From an uncultured Gemmatimonadaceae bacterium (lineage in GTDB: Bacteria > Gemmatimonadota > Gemmatimonadetes > Gemmatimonadales > Gemmatimonadaceae), in contig CAWFQK010000002.1 in the NCBI GenBank assembly GCA_963817955.1, positions 288,001 to 352,000 of the forward strand: a DNA stretch of 64,000 bases, read 5' to 3'. The notes under the pieces were generated by a model that saw nothing but the letters and a program-made list of their open reading frames with translations, ran no database searches and was not told where the DNA came from. Shown here piece after piece: positions 38,694 to 49,368 of this stretch. How positions within the stretch are numbered: the stretch's first letter is position 1; each line of letters starts with the position of its first letter. Position numbers and translations under genes: made by a program.

Positions 38694-39413
38694 TCAATCC
38701 CCGGCGAAATCAGGATCGTCAGCCGCGAGTTGCTGGCTCGCCACCATCTCCGCCAATGTTGCTAGCTGTTCCGTGCCCAGCAGCTCACCCGCCAGATCGA
38801 GCGAGAGCTGCCGGACCGGCACAAAGGACCGGCGATGGTGCGGCGTCACACCGTGCGCCGCGAGCCCCTTCAGATGCGCCACTGTCGCATAACCAACGTT
38901 GCGCTCCCAGAGATAATTGGGATACCGGAGGGCCAAGCGCTGCATGAGCCGGTCGCGCGTCACCTTGGCGAGAATCGACGCGCAGGCGATCGTATAGCAC
39001 GCATCGTCCCCACCCACGATCGCGGTGTGTGGAACGGCGAGCGTCCGAATGGGATTGCCGTCCACGAGCACGTGGCTCGGCGCCACCGTGAGCCGCGACA
39101 GCGCGCGGCGCATGGCGATGACGGTGGCATGGTAGATGTTCACGCGGTCGATCTCGCGCACCGAGGCGGCGCCAATGCCATAGGCGACGGCGCGTTCGCG
39201 AATCTTCACGGCGAGGCGCATCCGCTCGGCTGCCGACAACTGCTTGGAATCGTCCACGCCCGCAATGGCGCGTACGTCGGGCGGCATGATCACAGCACAT
39301 GCGACAACGGGGCCCGCCAGGGGGCCCCGTCCGACTTCGTCAATCCCGGCGATCAGCGAACCGACGGTTCTGCGAAGATCTCGCTCGATCGGTTTCCACC
39401 GATCCCGCGCCAC
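38694..39413 (-). CDS. rnhB: Ribonuclease HII
   Basis: GIDEVGRGPLAGPV, DSKQL, DGN, GD....IA.ASILAKV.RD and HRRSF. Confidence 0.95.
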   Translation of the reverse strand: MARDRWKPIERDLRRTVGSLIAGIDEVGRGPLAGPVVACAVIMPPDVRAIAGVDDSKQLSAAERMRLAVKIRERAVAYGIGAASVREIDRVNIYHATVIAMRRALSRLTVAPSHVLVDGNPIRTLAVPHTAIVGGDDACYTIACASILAKVTRDRLMQRLALRYPNYLWERNVGYATVAHLKGLAAHGVTPHHRRSFVPVRQLSLDLAGELLGTEQLATLAEMVASQQLAADDPDFAGD

Positions 39414-39420
39414 CGCCCAG

Positions 39421-39798
39421 TTACCTGGATGAGGCGCCGCTCTCCGGAACAGCCACGCGAACCTTTCTTTCGCGAATGCGCGTCGCCTTGCCGGTGAGAT
39501 TGCGCAGGTAGTACAGCTTGGCCCGGCGCACGCGACCCCGACGCACGACATTGATCTCGGCGAGCATGGGGCTGTGCACCGGGAAGATGCGCTCCACACC
39601 AACGCCATTCGAGATCTTGCGAACGGTGAAGGTTTCGCTGACGCCGCTGCCGCGCCGCGCAATACAGACGCCTTCGAAGGCCTGGATGCGCTCCTTCTCA
39701 CCTTCCTTCACACGAACGTTGACACGAACGGTGTCGCCCGCCCGGAAGGGGGGAACGTTGCGGAGCCACTCTTTCTGGGTTTCGATAAAGGCATGCAT
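39421..39798 (-). CDS. rplS: 50S ribosomal protein L19
   Basis: [33 protein letters not shown] and [10 protein letters not shown]. Confidence 0.98.
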   Translation of the reverse strand: MHAFIETQKEWLRNVPPFRAGDTVRVNVRVKEGEKERIQAFEGVCIARRGSGVSETFTVRKISNGVGVERIFPVHSPMLAEINVVRRGRVRRAKLYYLRNLTGKATRIRERKVRVAVPESGASSR

Positions 39799-39915
39799 AT
39801 GACGCTCGGGGCAAAGGCCCGGGTAACGGTTCTGGTGGAGACCTGAGATACTAAGGACTGAGGCGGTGGAAGTCTAGGGTTGGGAGAGAGTTAGGCGCGA
39901 TTGGTCGCGGTCCGG

Positions 39916-40611
39916 TCAGGAATTGTCGCGCTCCCCACGCTCCCGGCTCAGGCGCCTGCCCTCTTCCTCCCGCCACTCGGCGATCTTCTTATGGTCGCCG
40001 GATAGCAGGATCTCGGGCACCGCATGGCCGCGGAACACCGGCGGACGCGTATAACTGGGCGCGCTCAAGTGCCGGTCATAAAATGAATCGCCGCGGGCGC
40101 TGTCCAGATCGGACATTGCCCCCGGCAACAGACGCACGGTGGCGTCGATGACGGCCAGCGCGGCCGGCTCGCCGCCGCTCAGCACGAAGTCGCCCAGCGA
40201 GATCTCCTCGGTGGCGAGGTGGTCGGCGACACGCTGGTCCACGTCCTTGTAGTGGCCGCACAACAGCGTGAGCTCGCTCCCCTGCGAGAACCGCACGGCG
40301 TCCTGGTGCGTGAACTGCCGTCCGCGCGCCGACATGAGAACAATGGGCGCCTGTGCGCCAATAGCCTCAATGGCCTCGAAGAACGGTCCCGGCTTCATGA
40401 CCATGCCGGCGCCTCCCCCGTACGGGGCGTCGTCGACCGTGCGATGCCGGTCGTGCGTATACTCGCGCAGATCCAGCACGTGGTACTCGACACTCCCCGC
40501 CTCCCGCGCCCTTGCCGGAATGCTCAACCCCAGCGGTGCGGTGAAGAATTCTGGAAAGATGGTGATGACGTTGATCTTGAGCGGCGATCCGCCCATCACG
40601 CCGTCAGTCAT
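39916..40611 (-). CDS. trmD: tRNA (guanine-37-N1)-methyltransferase
   Basis: VDD.PYGGG.GMV.K, LLCG.Y..VD.R, EISLGDFVLSGGE and YTRP. Confidence 0.97.
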   Translation of the reverse strand: MTDGVMGGSPLKINVITIFPEFFTAPLGLSIPARAREAGSVEYHVLDLREYTHDRHRTVDDAPYGGGAGMVMKPGPFFEAIEAIGAQAPIVLMSARGRQFTHQDAVRFSQGSELTLLCGHYKDVDQRVADHLATEEISLGDFVLSGGEPAALAVIDATVRLLPGAMSDLDSARGDSFYDRHLSAPSYTRPPVFRGHAVPEILLSGDHKKIAEWREEEGRRLSRERGERDNS

Positions 40612-41146
40612 CGAGGAGGCCCACCGGCGGATCGATGGTGATCACCCGCGTCTCGCGATCGACGTTGGTCACGATGCGATCGAACGGAACGAGAATCGTC
40701 TGCCCGCCCTTCGCCGGCGCGACCTCGAGCGTGAGGCCTTGCGGCAGCTCGTACGATCCGGCGACGACACCGTAGATCTCCCCGGATTGCAGCACCACCC
40801 GCATCCCGGGCAACTCGTGCACGTAGATCTGGTCGTCCGCCACAGGAGTGAGCTCATCGGCCGGCACGAGCAAAAAGCGGTCGCGCCACGTTTCGGCGAT
40901 CGTGCGATCGGCGATCTCGTTGAAGTGCACAATGAAGCCGCCCTTGAAGGGGCTGCAGGACGCGACGTGCAGCTCGCGCCGGTCCTTGGCGATGTCGCCC
41001 GACGGGGTGCCCGCAAAGACACGACGGCCGGGCGCGAAGACCGCGTCCGGCTCGTCGGTGATCGGTTCCACGACGAGGTCGCCGTGAATGCCGTGTGCCT
41101 TGCGAACCCGCCCGACGATGATCATCTCGGGGGGAACGGTGGACAT
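40604..41146 (-). CDS. rimM: 16S rRNA processing factor RimM
   Basis: VGRV.K.HG..G, Y..EL.G..V and LVPF; conserved operon position. Confidence 0.92.
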   Translation of the reverse strand: MSTVPPEMIIVGRVRKAHGIHGDLVVEPITDEPDAVFAPGRRVFAGTPSGDIAKDRRELHVASCSPFKGGFIVHFNEIADRTIAETWRDRFLLVPADELTPVADDQIYVHELPGMRVVLQSGEIYGVVAGSYELPQGLTLEVAPAKGGQTILVPFDRIVTNVDRETRVITIDPPVGLLDD

Positions 41147-41148
41147 CG

Positions 41149-41499
41149 CTACGCCGAGGCTTCCCCGGTCTGGTCCGCTGGCGCGGGTTCTGCATGCTCG
41201 GCGACCGGGACGGCTGACGCGTTCAGCTTGCGCGCCAGGCGCTGCTCGTGGCGGGCCTTGAGCACGCCAGCCTTGCGCAGCAGCGAGCGGACGGTGTCCG
41301 TGGGCTGCGCGCCGTTGTCGAGCCAGTAGTTCACGCGGTCGCTCTTGAGATTGAGCGCCAGCTCACCCGTACGCGGAGCGTATTGGCCAACGACCTCGAT
41401 GAACTTGCCATCACGCGGGCTGCGCGAGTCGGCGACGATGATACGGTACATCGCCTGCTTCTTGCGGCCGGTGCGGCGGAGACGGATCTTGACTGCCAT
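41149..41499 (-). CDS. rpsP: 30S ribosomal protein S16
   Basis: [10 protein letters not shown]....[19 protein letters not shown] and W...GAQPT.TV. Confidence 0.98.
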   Translation of the reverse strand: MAVKIRLRRTGRKKQAMYRIIVADSRSPRDGKFIEVVGQYAPRTGELALNLKSDRVNYWLDNGAQPTDTVRSLLRKAGVLKARHEQRLARKLNASAVPVAEHAEPAPADQTGEASA

Positions 41500-41584
41500 T
41501 ATTGAATCCTCATTACGGGTTACTGAACTACACCGGGCTCCTCGCGTACTGGCCAATCAGCCAGCCGCACCCGGGGACTACCCC

Positions 41585-42922
41585 TCATCGCATGAACATG
41601 TTCGGCGAAAATTTTCCCGGCTTGCCGCCGGAGCCCGCCGCTTTCTTCATCATCTTCTGCATCTCGCGGAACTGCTCGAGCAGCCGGTTGACCTCGCTGA
41701 TCGGACGGCCGGATCCCTTGGCGACGCGCGCGCGGCGCGACCCGTTCATGAGATCGGGCTTCTTGCGCTCCTGGAGAGTCATCGACAGCACGATCGCCTC
41801 GAGGTGCTTGATCCGCTTGGGATCGGCTGCCTTCACCTGTTTGAGCATCTTCGTATTGACGCCCGGGAGCATCTTGAGCAGCCCCTCGAGGGGACCGAGC
41901 CGCTCGATCTGCTTCATTGCCGACAGGAAGTCGGTGAGGTCCATGCCTTCCTTCCGGACCTTCTTCTCCAGGCGCTTCGATTCGTCGGCATCGAACGCGG
42001 TCTGCGCCTTTTCGACGAGCGAGACGATGTCGCCCTGCTGGAGAATGCGGCCCGCCATGCGCTCGGGATAGAACTCCTCGAGGGCATCAGACTTCTCGCC
42101 GACACCGATGTACTTGATCGGCTTCTTGGTGACGCCATAGATGGACAACGCGGCGCCGCCCCGGGCGTCGCCATCCATCTTCGTGAGCACGACGCCGGTA
42201 ACGTGCAGGCGGTCGTCGAAGCCCTGCGCGATCTTCACGGCATCCTGACCGGTCATGCCGTCGGCGACGAGCAGAATCTCGTCGGGCCGGATTGCCTCCT
42301 TGAGGCGCTCCAACTCCCGCATCATCTCGTCGTCGATCTGCAATCGGCCGGCGGTGTCGACGATGACGACGCGGTCGCGCGCGCGCCTCGCGTCGTCAAT
42401 GCCGGCCTTGGCGATCTTCACGACGTCCTGCGTGCTCCGATCGGCATACACCGGCACGTCGAGTTGCTGTCCAAGCGCCTCGAGCTGATCGATGGCTGCC
42501 GGCCGATACACGTCCGCAGCGATGAGGCGGGTCGGACGATTCTCCGCTTTGAGCTTGCGAGCGAGCTTGGCCGCGGTGGTGGTCTTACCCGAGCCCTGCA
42601 GGCCAACCATCATGATGACGGTGGGCGGCACGGAGCTCATCTTGAGCCCTTCGCGGCGCTCGCCGAGCATGGCGGTGAGCTCGTCGTAGACGATCTTGAC
42701 GAGCTGCTGCCCCGGGGAGATAGTGCGAAGCTGCGCGACTCCTACGGCCTTCTTCTCGACGCGCTCCAGGAACTCGCGCGTGAGCTGGAAATTGACGTCC
42801 GCCTCGAGCAAGACGCGGCGGACCTCCCGGAGGCCTTCCTTGATGTCGGCTTCGGTGAGGACACCGCGCCCGCGGAGGCGGGAGAAGGTCGCTTCGAGTT
42901 TCTCGGAAAGCTCGTCGAACAT
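41585..42922 (-). CDS. ffh: Signal recognition particle protein
   Basis: ALLEADV-like motif, GLQGSGKTT, DTAGR, TK.DGD.RGGAALS and M-domain MT..ER..P...SR..R.A.GSG. Confidence 0.98.
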   Translation of the reverse strand: MFDELSEKLEATFSRLRGRGVLTEADIKEGLREVRRVLLEADVNFQLTREFLERVEKKAVGVAQLRTISPGQQLVKIVYDELTAMLGERREGLKMSSVPPTVIMMVGLQGSGKTTTAAKLARKLKAENRPTRLIAADVYRPAAIDQLEALGQQLDVPVYADRSTQDVVKIAKAGIDDARRARDRVVIVDTAGRLQIDDEMMRELERLKEAIRPDEILLVADGMTGQDAVKIAQGFDDRLHVTGVVLTKMDGDARGGAALSIYGVTKKPIKYIGVGEKSDALEEFYPERMAGRILQQGDIVSLVEKAQTAFDADESKRLEKKVRKEGMDLTDFLSAMKQIERLGPLEGLLKMLPGVNTKMLKQVKAADPKRIKHLEAIVLSMTLQERKKPDLMNGSRRARVAKGSGRPISEVNRLLEQFREMQKMMKKAAGSGGKPGKFSPNMFMR

Positions 42923-43049
42923 AGACCGGGAAAGGTAGCCGTTCGGGTGGACGGATTCAAGCGCCGGGTACCACCTAAGAATCACCGGGTGTTATACTTA
43001 CGAGACTCCCCAGGCTCAATGACTGGCGGCTCGTCTTCAGTAGAGGTCT

Positions 43050-45515
43050 ATGGCCAAGCCACAGCGTAAGGACGAAATCCTCAAGTCGGAGCTTCCTCCG
43101 ACGCTTCCGCTCATGGCCCTGCGATCGACGATCGTGTACCCATTGGGTACGATCGCGGTTCAAATGGGTGCCCCCGAAAATCTCGCGCTCCTGCGCGGTC
43201 ACGAAGAGCCTGGGCTGATCGTGGCGCTTGTCGTCGCGAGCGGAGACCACGACGAACCAATCGACTCGCAGCGTTTCATTGGGCGCGTCGGCGTGGCCGC
43301 ACGCGTGCACGAGCGAATCAATCTGCCGGGTGATACGGTGCAGATCACGCTGCAGGGGCTGCGGCGCATCGTTGTCGATGAGATGTATCAGACGGAGCCC
43401 TACCCGGTCGCCGTCGTGCATGCGGCGCGTGAGTTGCCGGCCGATCCAAAGGAAATCGAGGACCTGGTCGCCCGCGTGGTATCGGCGGCAGAGACGCTGG
43501 CCGAGATGGTGGATCGCATTCCCGACGAGGTTCCGGCAATCCTCAAGATGAACGTCTCCGATCCGGGCCGGTTCGCCGACCTGGCAGCGACGAATATGAA
43601 TTTTCGGATCGCTGACAAGGATGAAGTGCTGCAGCGCCTGGAAGTGGGTCAGCGATTGAGCTTCATTCTCACGCGGCTCGAGCGCGAAGTCGCCCGGGCG
43701 CGCGTGATGGAAGACGTGAAGCGTCAGACCGAGATCAAGATCGAGCAGCACCAGCGCGAGTTCTATCTGCGGCAGCAACTGCGCGCCATTCAGTCGGAGC
43801 TGGGCGAAGCAGATCCCGGCGAGAAAGAAGCGATCGACCTCCTCAAGCGGATCGAGGACGCCAAGTTGCCGGACAAGGTCGCGCAGGAAGCGCGTCGAGA
43901 GACCGAGCGCATGCGCATGTTGTCGCCGGCGTCCAGCGAGTACCAGGTCGTGCGCACGTATCTCGACTGGGTGCTGTCGTTGCCGTGGAACAGGCGGACG
44001 GGCGAGGACGAGATCGATCTCAAGAAGGTCGAGGCGGCGCTCGACGAGCGGCATTACGGCTTGGACGAAGCAAAGGAGCGCATCATCGAATACCTCGCCG
44101 TGCGCAAGCTGCGCGGCGGCGATCCACACGGTCCCGTGCTGTGCTTCGTTGGGCCGCCGGGCACGGGCAAGACGTCGCTCGGCGAAGCAATCGGCAAATC
44201 GATCGGGCGCGAGTTCTATCGCATCTCGGTGGGCGGCGTCCGCGATGAGGCGGAGATCCGCGGCCACCGGCGCACGTACGTGGGCGCCATGCCGGGCCTC
44301 ATCATCCAAGCGCTGCGGCGCGTGGCAGTGAAGGACCCCGTGCTCATGATCGACGAGATCGACAAGATGTCCGGCGGGGGCCCATCAGGAGATCCAACGG
44401 CGGCGATGCTCGAGGTGCTCGACCCCCGCCAGAACAACATGTTCGTCGATCACTACCTCAACCTGCCGTTCGATCTGTCGCAGTCGTTGTTCATCTGCAC
44501 GGCGAACAATCTGTTCGACATTCCTGCGCCGCTCCGCGACCGCATGGAAGTCATCAAGATCGCGGGGTACACCGTCGAGGAGAAAGTCGAGATTGCGTGG
44601 CGTTACTTGTTGCCGCGCCTACTCGAGGAGCATGGGATCAGCGACAAGGACATGCAATTCACCGACGAATCGCTGTCGTTCATCTCCAACCGCTACTCGC
44701 GCGAAGCAGGGCTCCGCAATTTCGAGCGCAATCTCGCCGCGATCATGCGCAAGCGTGCGCGTGCCAAGGCGGAAGGCGAAGAAGGCGCGTGGGTCGTGGA
44801 CCTCGATAAAGTGGAGGAGGTGCTCGGCATTCCGCGCTACGCCGTCGAGGAAGCGGAGCGGGTGCCGGAGGTAGGCGTCGTGACCGGTCTGGCGTGGACG
44901 TCCAATGGTGGCGACATCATGCTCATCGAGGCGCTACGCATGCCGGGCCAGGGACGGCTCACCGTGACCGGTCAGCTTGGCGACGTGATGCGCGAGTCCG
45001 TGGACGCGGCTTTCTCGTACGTCCGGTCGCGCGCCCATCAGCTCGGGATCGACGACTCGGTGTTTCGCGAGAGCGACCTGCACGTCCATCTCCCCGCCGG
45101 CGCCATTCCGAAGGATGGTCCAAGCGCCGGCATCACGCTCACGTTGGCGATCGCCAGCGCGCTCGGCGGCCGTCCCGTGCGCCGCGACGTCGCGATGACC
45201 GGCGAAGTCACGCTGCGCGGCAAGGTGCTGGAGATTGGCGGAGTGAAGGAGAAAATACTCGCCGCCTATCGCGCGGGGCTGCGCGAAGTGATCATGCCCA
45301 AGTCGAACGAAAAAGACTTGCGCGAAGTGCCCGAGGAGGTGCGCAAGAACATGGCGTTCACCTTCGTCGAGAAGATGGACGAAGTCCTGCACCTCGCCCT
45401 CCTGCCTCCGGTATCGGAGGCGCTCGCCGATCGGGTGCAGCCTGAGGTCTCACCCGGCATCGCCGGCGCCACGACGACAGCCGACCGGGAAGAATCGGTT
45501 TCCGCGGACCGGTAG
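43050..45515 (+). CDS. lon: ATP-dependent protease La
   Basis: N domain, [24 protein letters not shown] and PKDGPSAG (catalytic Ser). Confidence 0.97.
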   Translation: MAKPQRKDEILKSELPPTLPLMALRSTIVYPLGTIAVQMGAPENLALLRGHEEPGLIVALVVASGDHDEPIDSQRFIGRVGVAARVHERINLPGDTVQITLQGLRRIVVDEMYQTEPYPVAVVHAARELPADPKEIEDLVARVVSAAETLAEMVDRIPDEVPAILKMNVSDPGRFADLAATNMNFRIADKDEVLQRLEVGQRLSFILTRLEREVARARVMEDVKRQTEIKIEQHQREFYLRQQLRAIQSELGEADPGEKEAIDLLKRIEDAKLPDKVAQEARRETERMRMLSPASSEYQVVRTYLDWVLSLPWNRRTGEDEIDLKKVEAALDERHYGLDEAKERIIEYLAVRKLRGGDPHGPVLCFVGPPGTGKTSLGEAIGKSIGREFYRISVGGVRDEAEIRGHRRTYVGAMPGLIIQALRRVAVKDPVLMIDEIDKMSGGGPSGDPTAAMLEVLDPRQNNMFVDHYLNLPFDLSQSLFICTANNLFDIPAPLRDRMEVIKIAGYTVEEKVEIAWRYLLPRLLEEHGISDKDMQFTDESLSFISNRYSREAGLRNFERNLAAIMRKRARAKAEGEEGAWVVDLDKVEEVLGIPRYAVEEAERVPEVGVVTGLAWTSNGGDIMLIEALRMPGQGRLTVTGQLGDVMRESVDAAFSYVRSRAHQLGIDDSVFRESDLHVHLPAGAIPKDGPSAGITLTLAIASALGGRPVRRDVAMTGEVTLRGKVLEIGGVKEKILAAYRAGLREVIMPKSNEKDLREVPEEVRKNMAFTFVEKMDEVLHLALLPPVSEALADRVQPEVSPGIAGATTTADREESVSADR

Positions 45516-45520
45516 GGGAG

Positions 45521-45644
45521 GAGACACGGGACACGGGACACGGGACACGAGAAACTCACAACGCACAACTCACAACTGGCAACTCGAAACTCGCCGACCG
45601 GTGGGCCGACCGGTACGGAGCAGCCAGTGACATCCAGCCGGTCA
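45521..45644 (+). repeat. Heptamer-built intergenic element, copy C
   Basis: Starts 6 nt after the lon stop; near-identical to A and to the reverse complement of B and D. Confidence 0.9.
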
Positions 45645-45784
45645 ACACCCGGAGCCCAATCCGATCTCCCAGGTCCTTCGCTCAGGAGGACAGGCCGTCG
45701 CGGGTACTGTAATCAGTGGTGAGTTGTCAGTTGTCAGTATACGGGTCATGCGCACCAGGGCGCCTGGTTAGCAGGCCACTATCG

Positions 45785-45835
45785 CCGGTCGGCGAGGTTC
45801 GGGTGTCCAGTTGTGAGTCGTGAGTCGTGAGTTGT
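45785..45835 (-). repeat. Degenerate inverted partial copy (E) of the heptamer element
   Basis: CCGGTCGGCGAGGTTCGGGTGTCCAGTTGTGAGTCGTGAGTCGTGAGTTGT aligns with copy B. Confidence 0.65.
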
Positions 45836-46140
45836 AAAAACGGACCCCGCGCGACCACCCTGCACAATTCTATTTCGCTGTGAACGTGACGCCCGACTCA
45901 ATGTCACCGAACCTTCGCGAAGGTCATTAGGGCTGCCGGATCAATTCCTTCCCTTTCGCTCGGAATTGTCGCATCACGATGCAGTCTGGCGAGGTGGACG
46001 TCTCGGAATGTGGGCGATTGGTAAGCGGAATGAAGCCACCGCGCCCCGATCCTGGCCCGCCGCGGGTGGCGTTACTCGGCCGCGGCCAAGAGTAACGCTG
46101 CCGCGCCCGGTTCCCGAACGTGCCGCGGCCATGATCCGCC

Positions 46141-46230
46141 ATGCCGCGCTATCGATCTGCGTACCGCGCTATCGGTCCGCCATGCCGCGCTATCGATCTG
46201 CGTGCCGCGCTGTCGATCCGCATGCCGCGC
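46141..46230. repeat. ~20-bp tandem repeat, about 4.5 copies
   Basis: Consensus RTGCCGCGCTATCGATCYGC. Confidence 0.85.
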
Positions 46231-46596
46231 GCAGGGCGCAGAACTCCGCAAGATGAAGTCGGCGTACCGCGCGAGCGGCGGCCGTGCCATTCCAAGTCGG
46301 TGGGGTAGGCGCAAGGACAGCCGGTGTTGCCGCGCGCGCCGGTCGGATGCCGCCGAAATTTGAGCCGTACCGCGCATGGCCCCCCACGCGCAACCGCTTT
46401 CCGCCGGCGCCCCGCGCCGGATGCGACTACGGCGCGAGTTGCATCCGTCGCGCCGCGGTCGGAGACCAGAAGCCGCGGCGAGAGCACGTTGCGCCGCGCC
46501 CGGGAGCCTGACGCCACTGCCGGCCGGTGAGGCGTGGATTGGGCTCTGGGTGCTGACTGGACGGTGAGGCGTGGATTGGCATCCAAGCTCTATTCT

Positions 46597-46709
46597 GGCT
46601 GGATGTCGCTGGCTGCTCCGTACCGGTCGGCCCACCGGTCGGCGAGTTTCGAGTTTCCAGTCGTGTGTTGTGCGTGGTGCGTTTCTCGTGTCCCGTGTCC
46701 CGTGTCCCG
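46597..46709 (-). repeat. Heptamer-built intergenic element, copy D
   Basis: Begins about 8 nt after the minus-strand stop at 46717. Confidence 0.9.
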
Positions 46710-46716
46710 ACTCGCG

Positions 46717-47055
46717 TCAGTCCGGCACCCGCTCCTTCGTCGCTCCGCATGCAATGCACGTGCGGAACGCGGCGTCGATCACCACCTGACTCGTAGGCCG
46801 GCCGCAATTCGCACAGTCCTCCACGACGATCGGTTGAACGATGGTGTGCAGACCGTTGCGCACGAGCCGCGCGGCCATCACAACGGGCGCGGTGGCCCCA
46901 ATGGGGCACATGCTACCCGTGCAGAGATGGCCCACCTCGAGGCAGACGATCTCCGTGTCGTGCACGTTCGCTTGGCCATCCTGGGACGGCTCGTCCGTGA
47001 CGACGATGTGCACGTCCTTGTCACAGGCAGAGCAATAGGCGACTTGCGTTTTCAT
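46717..47055 (-). CDS. Cys-rich hypothetical protein (probable Zn/Fe binding)
   Basis: CSAC, C..C....C, CANC and CIAC; GGAGG RBS. Confidence 0.7.
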   Translation of the reverse strand: MKTQVAYCSACDKDVHIVVTDEPSQDGQANVHDTEIVCLEVGHLCTGSMCPIGATAPVVMAARLVRNGLHTIVQPIVVEDCANCGRPTSQVVIDAAFRTCIACGATKERVPD

Positions 47056-47068
47056 GCGTGACCTCCGA

Positions 47069-47644
47069 TCAGGCAGAGCCCATCCCCGCGAACCCCATGA
47101 ACGCGAGTGACAGCGTGGCGGCAATGATGAACACCAGCGCCGGACCGCGGGCGATGGCGGGGATGGGCGCGAACTCCATCCGCTCGCGGATCCCGCCCAC
47201 GAGCGACAGCACGGCGGTGATTCCCAGCCCGCCGCCAATCGCGAACATGAGCCCTTCGAGCAGCGTGTAGCCGCGGTTCGTCTGGAAGATCGCCATGCCC
47301 AGCACCTGGCTGTTGCTGGCGATCAGGGGCAGGAAGATGCCGAGCTCCCGGTAGAGCGAGGGGCTGGTCTTCTTCACGAACAGCTCGACGATCTGGACGA
47401 TCGACGCAATCGCGACGACGAAGGAGATCACTCGCAGGAACGGGGCGGTGGCGAGCACATACGTGTTGAGCACCCAGGCGGCGAGGCTTGCCAGCGCCAT
47501 CACGAACGTGGTCGCGAGGCCGAGCCGCAGCCCCGTCTCGCTCTGGTTCGTCACGCCGATGAGCGGGCACAGTCCCAGGAAATAGACCAGGACGAAATTC
47601 GTGACGATCGCGGCCGAGATGAAGATCCAGAAGAGATTGCTCAT
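47069..47644 (-). CDS. rnfA: Rnf electron transport complex subunit A
   Basis: N.VL..FLGLCP, FVVAIA..VQ.VE and LY..LGIFLPLI. Confidence 0.9.
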   Translation of the reverse strand: MSNLFWIFISAAIVTNFVLVYFLGLCPLIGVTNQSETGLRLGLATTFVMALASLAAWVLNTYVLATAPFLRVISFVVAIASIVQIVELFVKKTSPSLYRELGIFLPLIASNSQVLGMAIFQTNRGYTLLEGLMFAIGGGLGITAVLSLVGGIRERMEFAPIPAIARGPALVFIIAATLSLAFMGFAGMGSA

Positions 47645-48351
47645 ACCAGTACCGCCTCGGGTTCCTTCGTTTGTCCAATCGGCACCGCAACCGGAACCGC
47701 TGCCGCCCGCGCGGCGCGCGTGCGCGCCTGCTTCCTGAGATCTCGCCAGTTCGCGGTGAGCAGCAGCACGCCAATCATGAAGAAGCCGCCCGGGGGCAGC
47801 ATCATCACCACCCAGGGTTCGAACCCCTTCGGCATGACGTGGACGCCGAGGAAGGTGCCGTTGCCGAGCACCTCGCGCGGAATGCCCATCATCAACAGGG
47901 CGATGGTGAACCCGACTCCATTCCCCAGCGCATCGAGAATCGAAAGCCCCACCGGTTGCCGCGACGCGAATGCCTCCTGCCGGCCGAGCACGATGCAGTT
48001 CGTGACGATGAGCGCGATGTAGGGCCCCATCGCCTTGTGCACGTCCGGCACGATCGCCTCGAGCAGCATGTCGGCGATCGCGAGGAAGGTGGCGATGATG
48101 AGGATGTACGTCGTGATGCGGATCTGATGAGGAATGAACTTCCGCAGCGTCGAGACGATGATGCTGGAGCCCACCAACACGAACATCGTGGCCAAACCCA
48201 TCGCGAGGCTGTTGGCCACCGCGTTGGTGACGGCGAGCGCGGAACAGAGCCCCAGCGTTTGCACCAGCACGGGGTTCTCGTTCCACAGCCCCCGCGTGAG
48301 TACGGCACCCGCGGTCTTCGGCGAGGACGTCTCCGCTTTGATCATACTCAT
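47641..48351 (-). CDS. rnfE: Rnf electron transport complex subunit E
   Basis: GLW.ENP.LV..LGLC..LAVT, IPxxIR, LIVTNC..LGR.EAFA and LPPG.F; has its own RBS (GAGGA) before ATG 48351. Confidence 0.9.
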   Translation of the reverse strand: MSMIKAETSSPKTAGAVLTRGLWNENPVLVQTLGLCSALAVTNAVANSLAMGLATMFVLVGSSIIVSTLRKFIPHQIRITTYILIIATFLAIADMLLEAIVPDVHKAMGPYIALIVTNCIVLGRQEAFASRQPVGLSILDALGNGVGFTIALLMMGIPREVLGNGTFLGVHVMPKGFEPWVVMMLPPGGFFMIGVLLLTANWRDLRKQARTRAARAAAVPVAVPIGQTKEPEAVLV

Positions 48352-48368
48352 GGGAGAATCCTCATCGG

Positions 48369-49368
48369 TTAGATGATCCGGGCGAGCTGCGCGCCCGGGA
48401 GATGGGTGCGCCAGGTCACGCGTGATCTCGGATTCGGTCATGCCGAACAGCGCCGTGGTCGCCGCGTCGGCGTGCATCACCGAGTCCGCGATGATGGACA
48501 GGCTCTGCATGTCGGTCGCCCGCGGCTGGGCCGTGGCCGGATCCATGATGTGGTGATACGTGTGTCCCCGATACCGGAAGAACTGCCGGTACGTGCCAGA
48601 CGTTGCCACGGCGCGGTCGGCGAGGCGGAGCGTCCCGACGATGGCCCGTTCGTCCGTCGGCGACTGGATGCCGATCGACCACGCCTCGCCATCGGGCGCG
48701 GTACCCAGCGCGTAGAGGTCACCGCCTGCAACGACGACGGCCTTCTCGATGCCGCGGCGCCGTAGCGCTGTGATCGCGCGATCGACACCGTAGCCCTTGG
48801 CGACGCTGCCCAGATCCAGCCGCGCGCCGCTGCCATGGTAGCGCAGCACCGGAGCGCCGTGCTGCATTCCGACCTCGACGCTGCGGTAGAACTGACGGTT
48901 GGCCAGCTCCGCCACGCGATCCGCTGGCGGCGGCTCGTGCCGGTGCTTCACGTCCCAGAGGCGCACCACCGCGCCCGCCGCCGGATCATACCGGCCGTCG
49001 AGCGCGCTCGCCCAGCGCAGTCCCTCGGCGGTCACATGCGCCGTTTCCGGCGTCACCACCACTGCATCGTGCGCCGCGAACAGGTTGGCACGGCCGATAT
49101 CCGAGGTATCGGTGAAGCGCGTCATCGAGCGCTCCACCCACTCCAGTTCGGCGATTGCGGCGTCGATCGCCGCGTGTGCCTGCTGTGGGTCGCGATGCAC
49201 CACCGCGAATTGCGCAATCGTACCCATGACAGGCTTCGTCCGGTGCACGACGCCGGCCGGCCGATGCCTGGCCAGCGGGATGGCCGCGACGACGAACGCG
49301 CCGAGCCCAAGGCCAACGAACTCGCGGCGCCCAATCTGCTGCTGGATGCCGTCCGATATGATGGTCAT
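48369..49368 (-). CDS. apbE: FAD:protein FMN transferase (ApbE) with Tat signal; apparent frameshift near the 3' end
   Basis: RREF Tat motif, MGT, DLG.VAKGY.VD, GGD, ATSG.Y, HHI.DP and ADA.TT. A shifted frame ends ...HLPGAQLARII* at 48369. Confidence 0.85.

Noticed and set aside
46525..46579. CRISPR-like repeat-spacer-repeat (18-bp repeat, 19-nt spacer)
   Set aside because: Only two short copies, and no cas genes in the window.
47641..49368. Apparent ApbE-RnfE fusion protein (575 aa in the ORF track)
   Set aside because: A shifted frame gives a natural ApbE end (HLPGAQLARII*, stop at 48369), and rnfE has its own RBS and ATG. One extra base near 48405, probably a sequencing error, explains the fusion.
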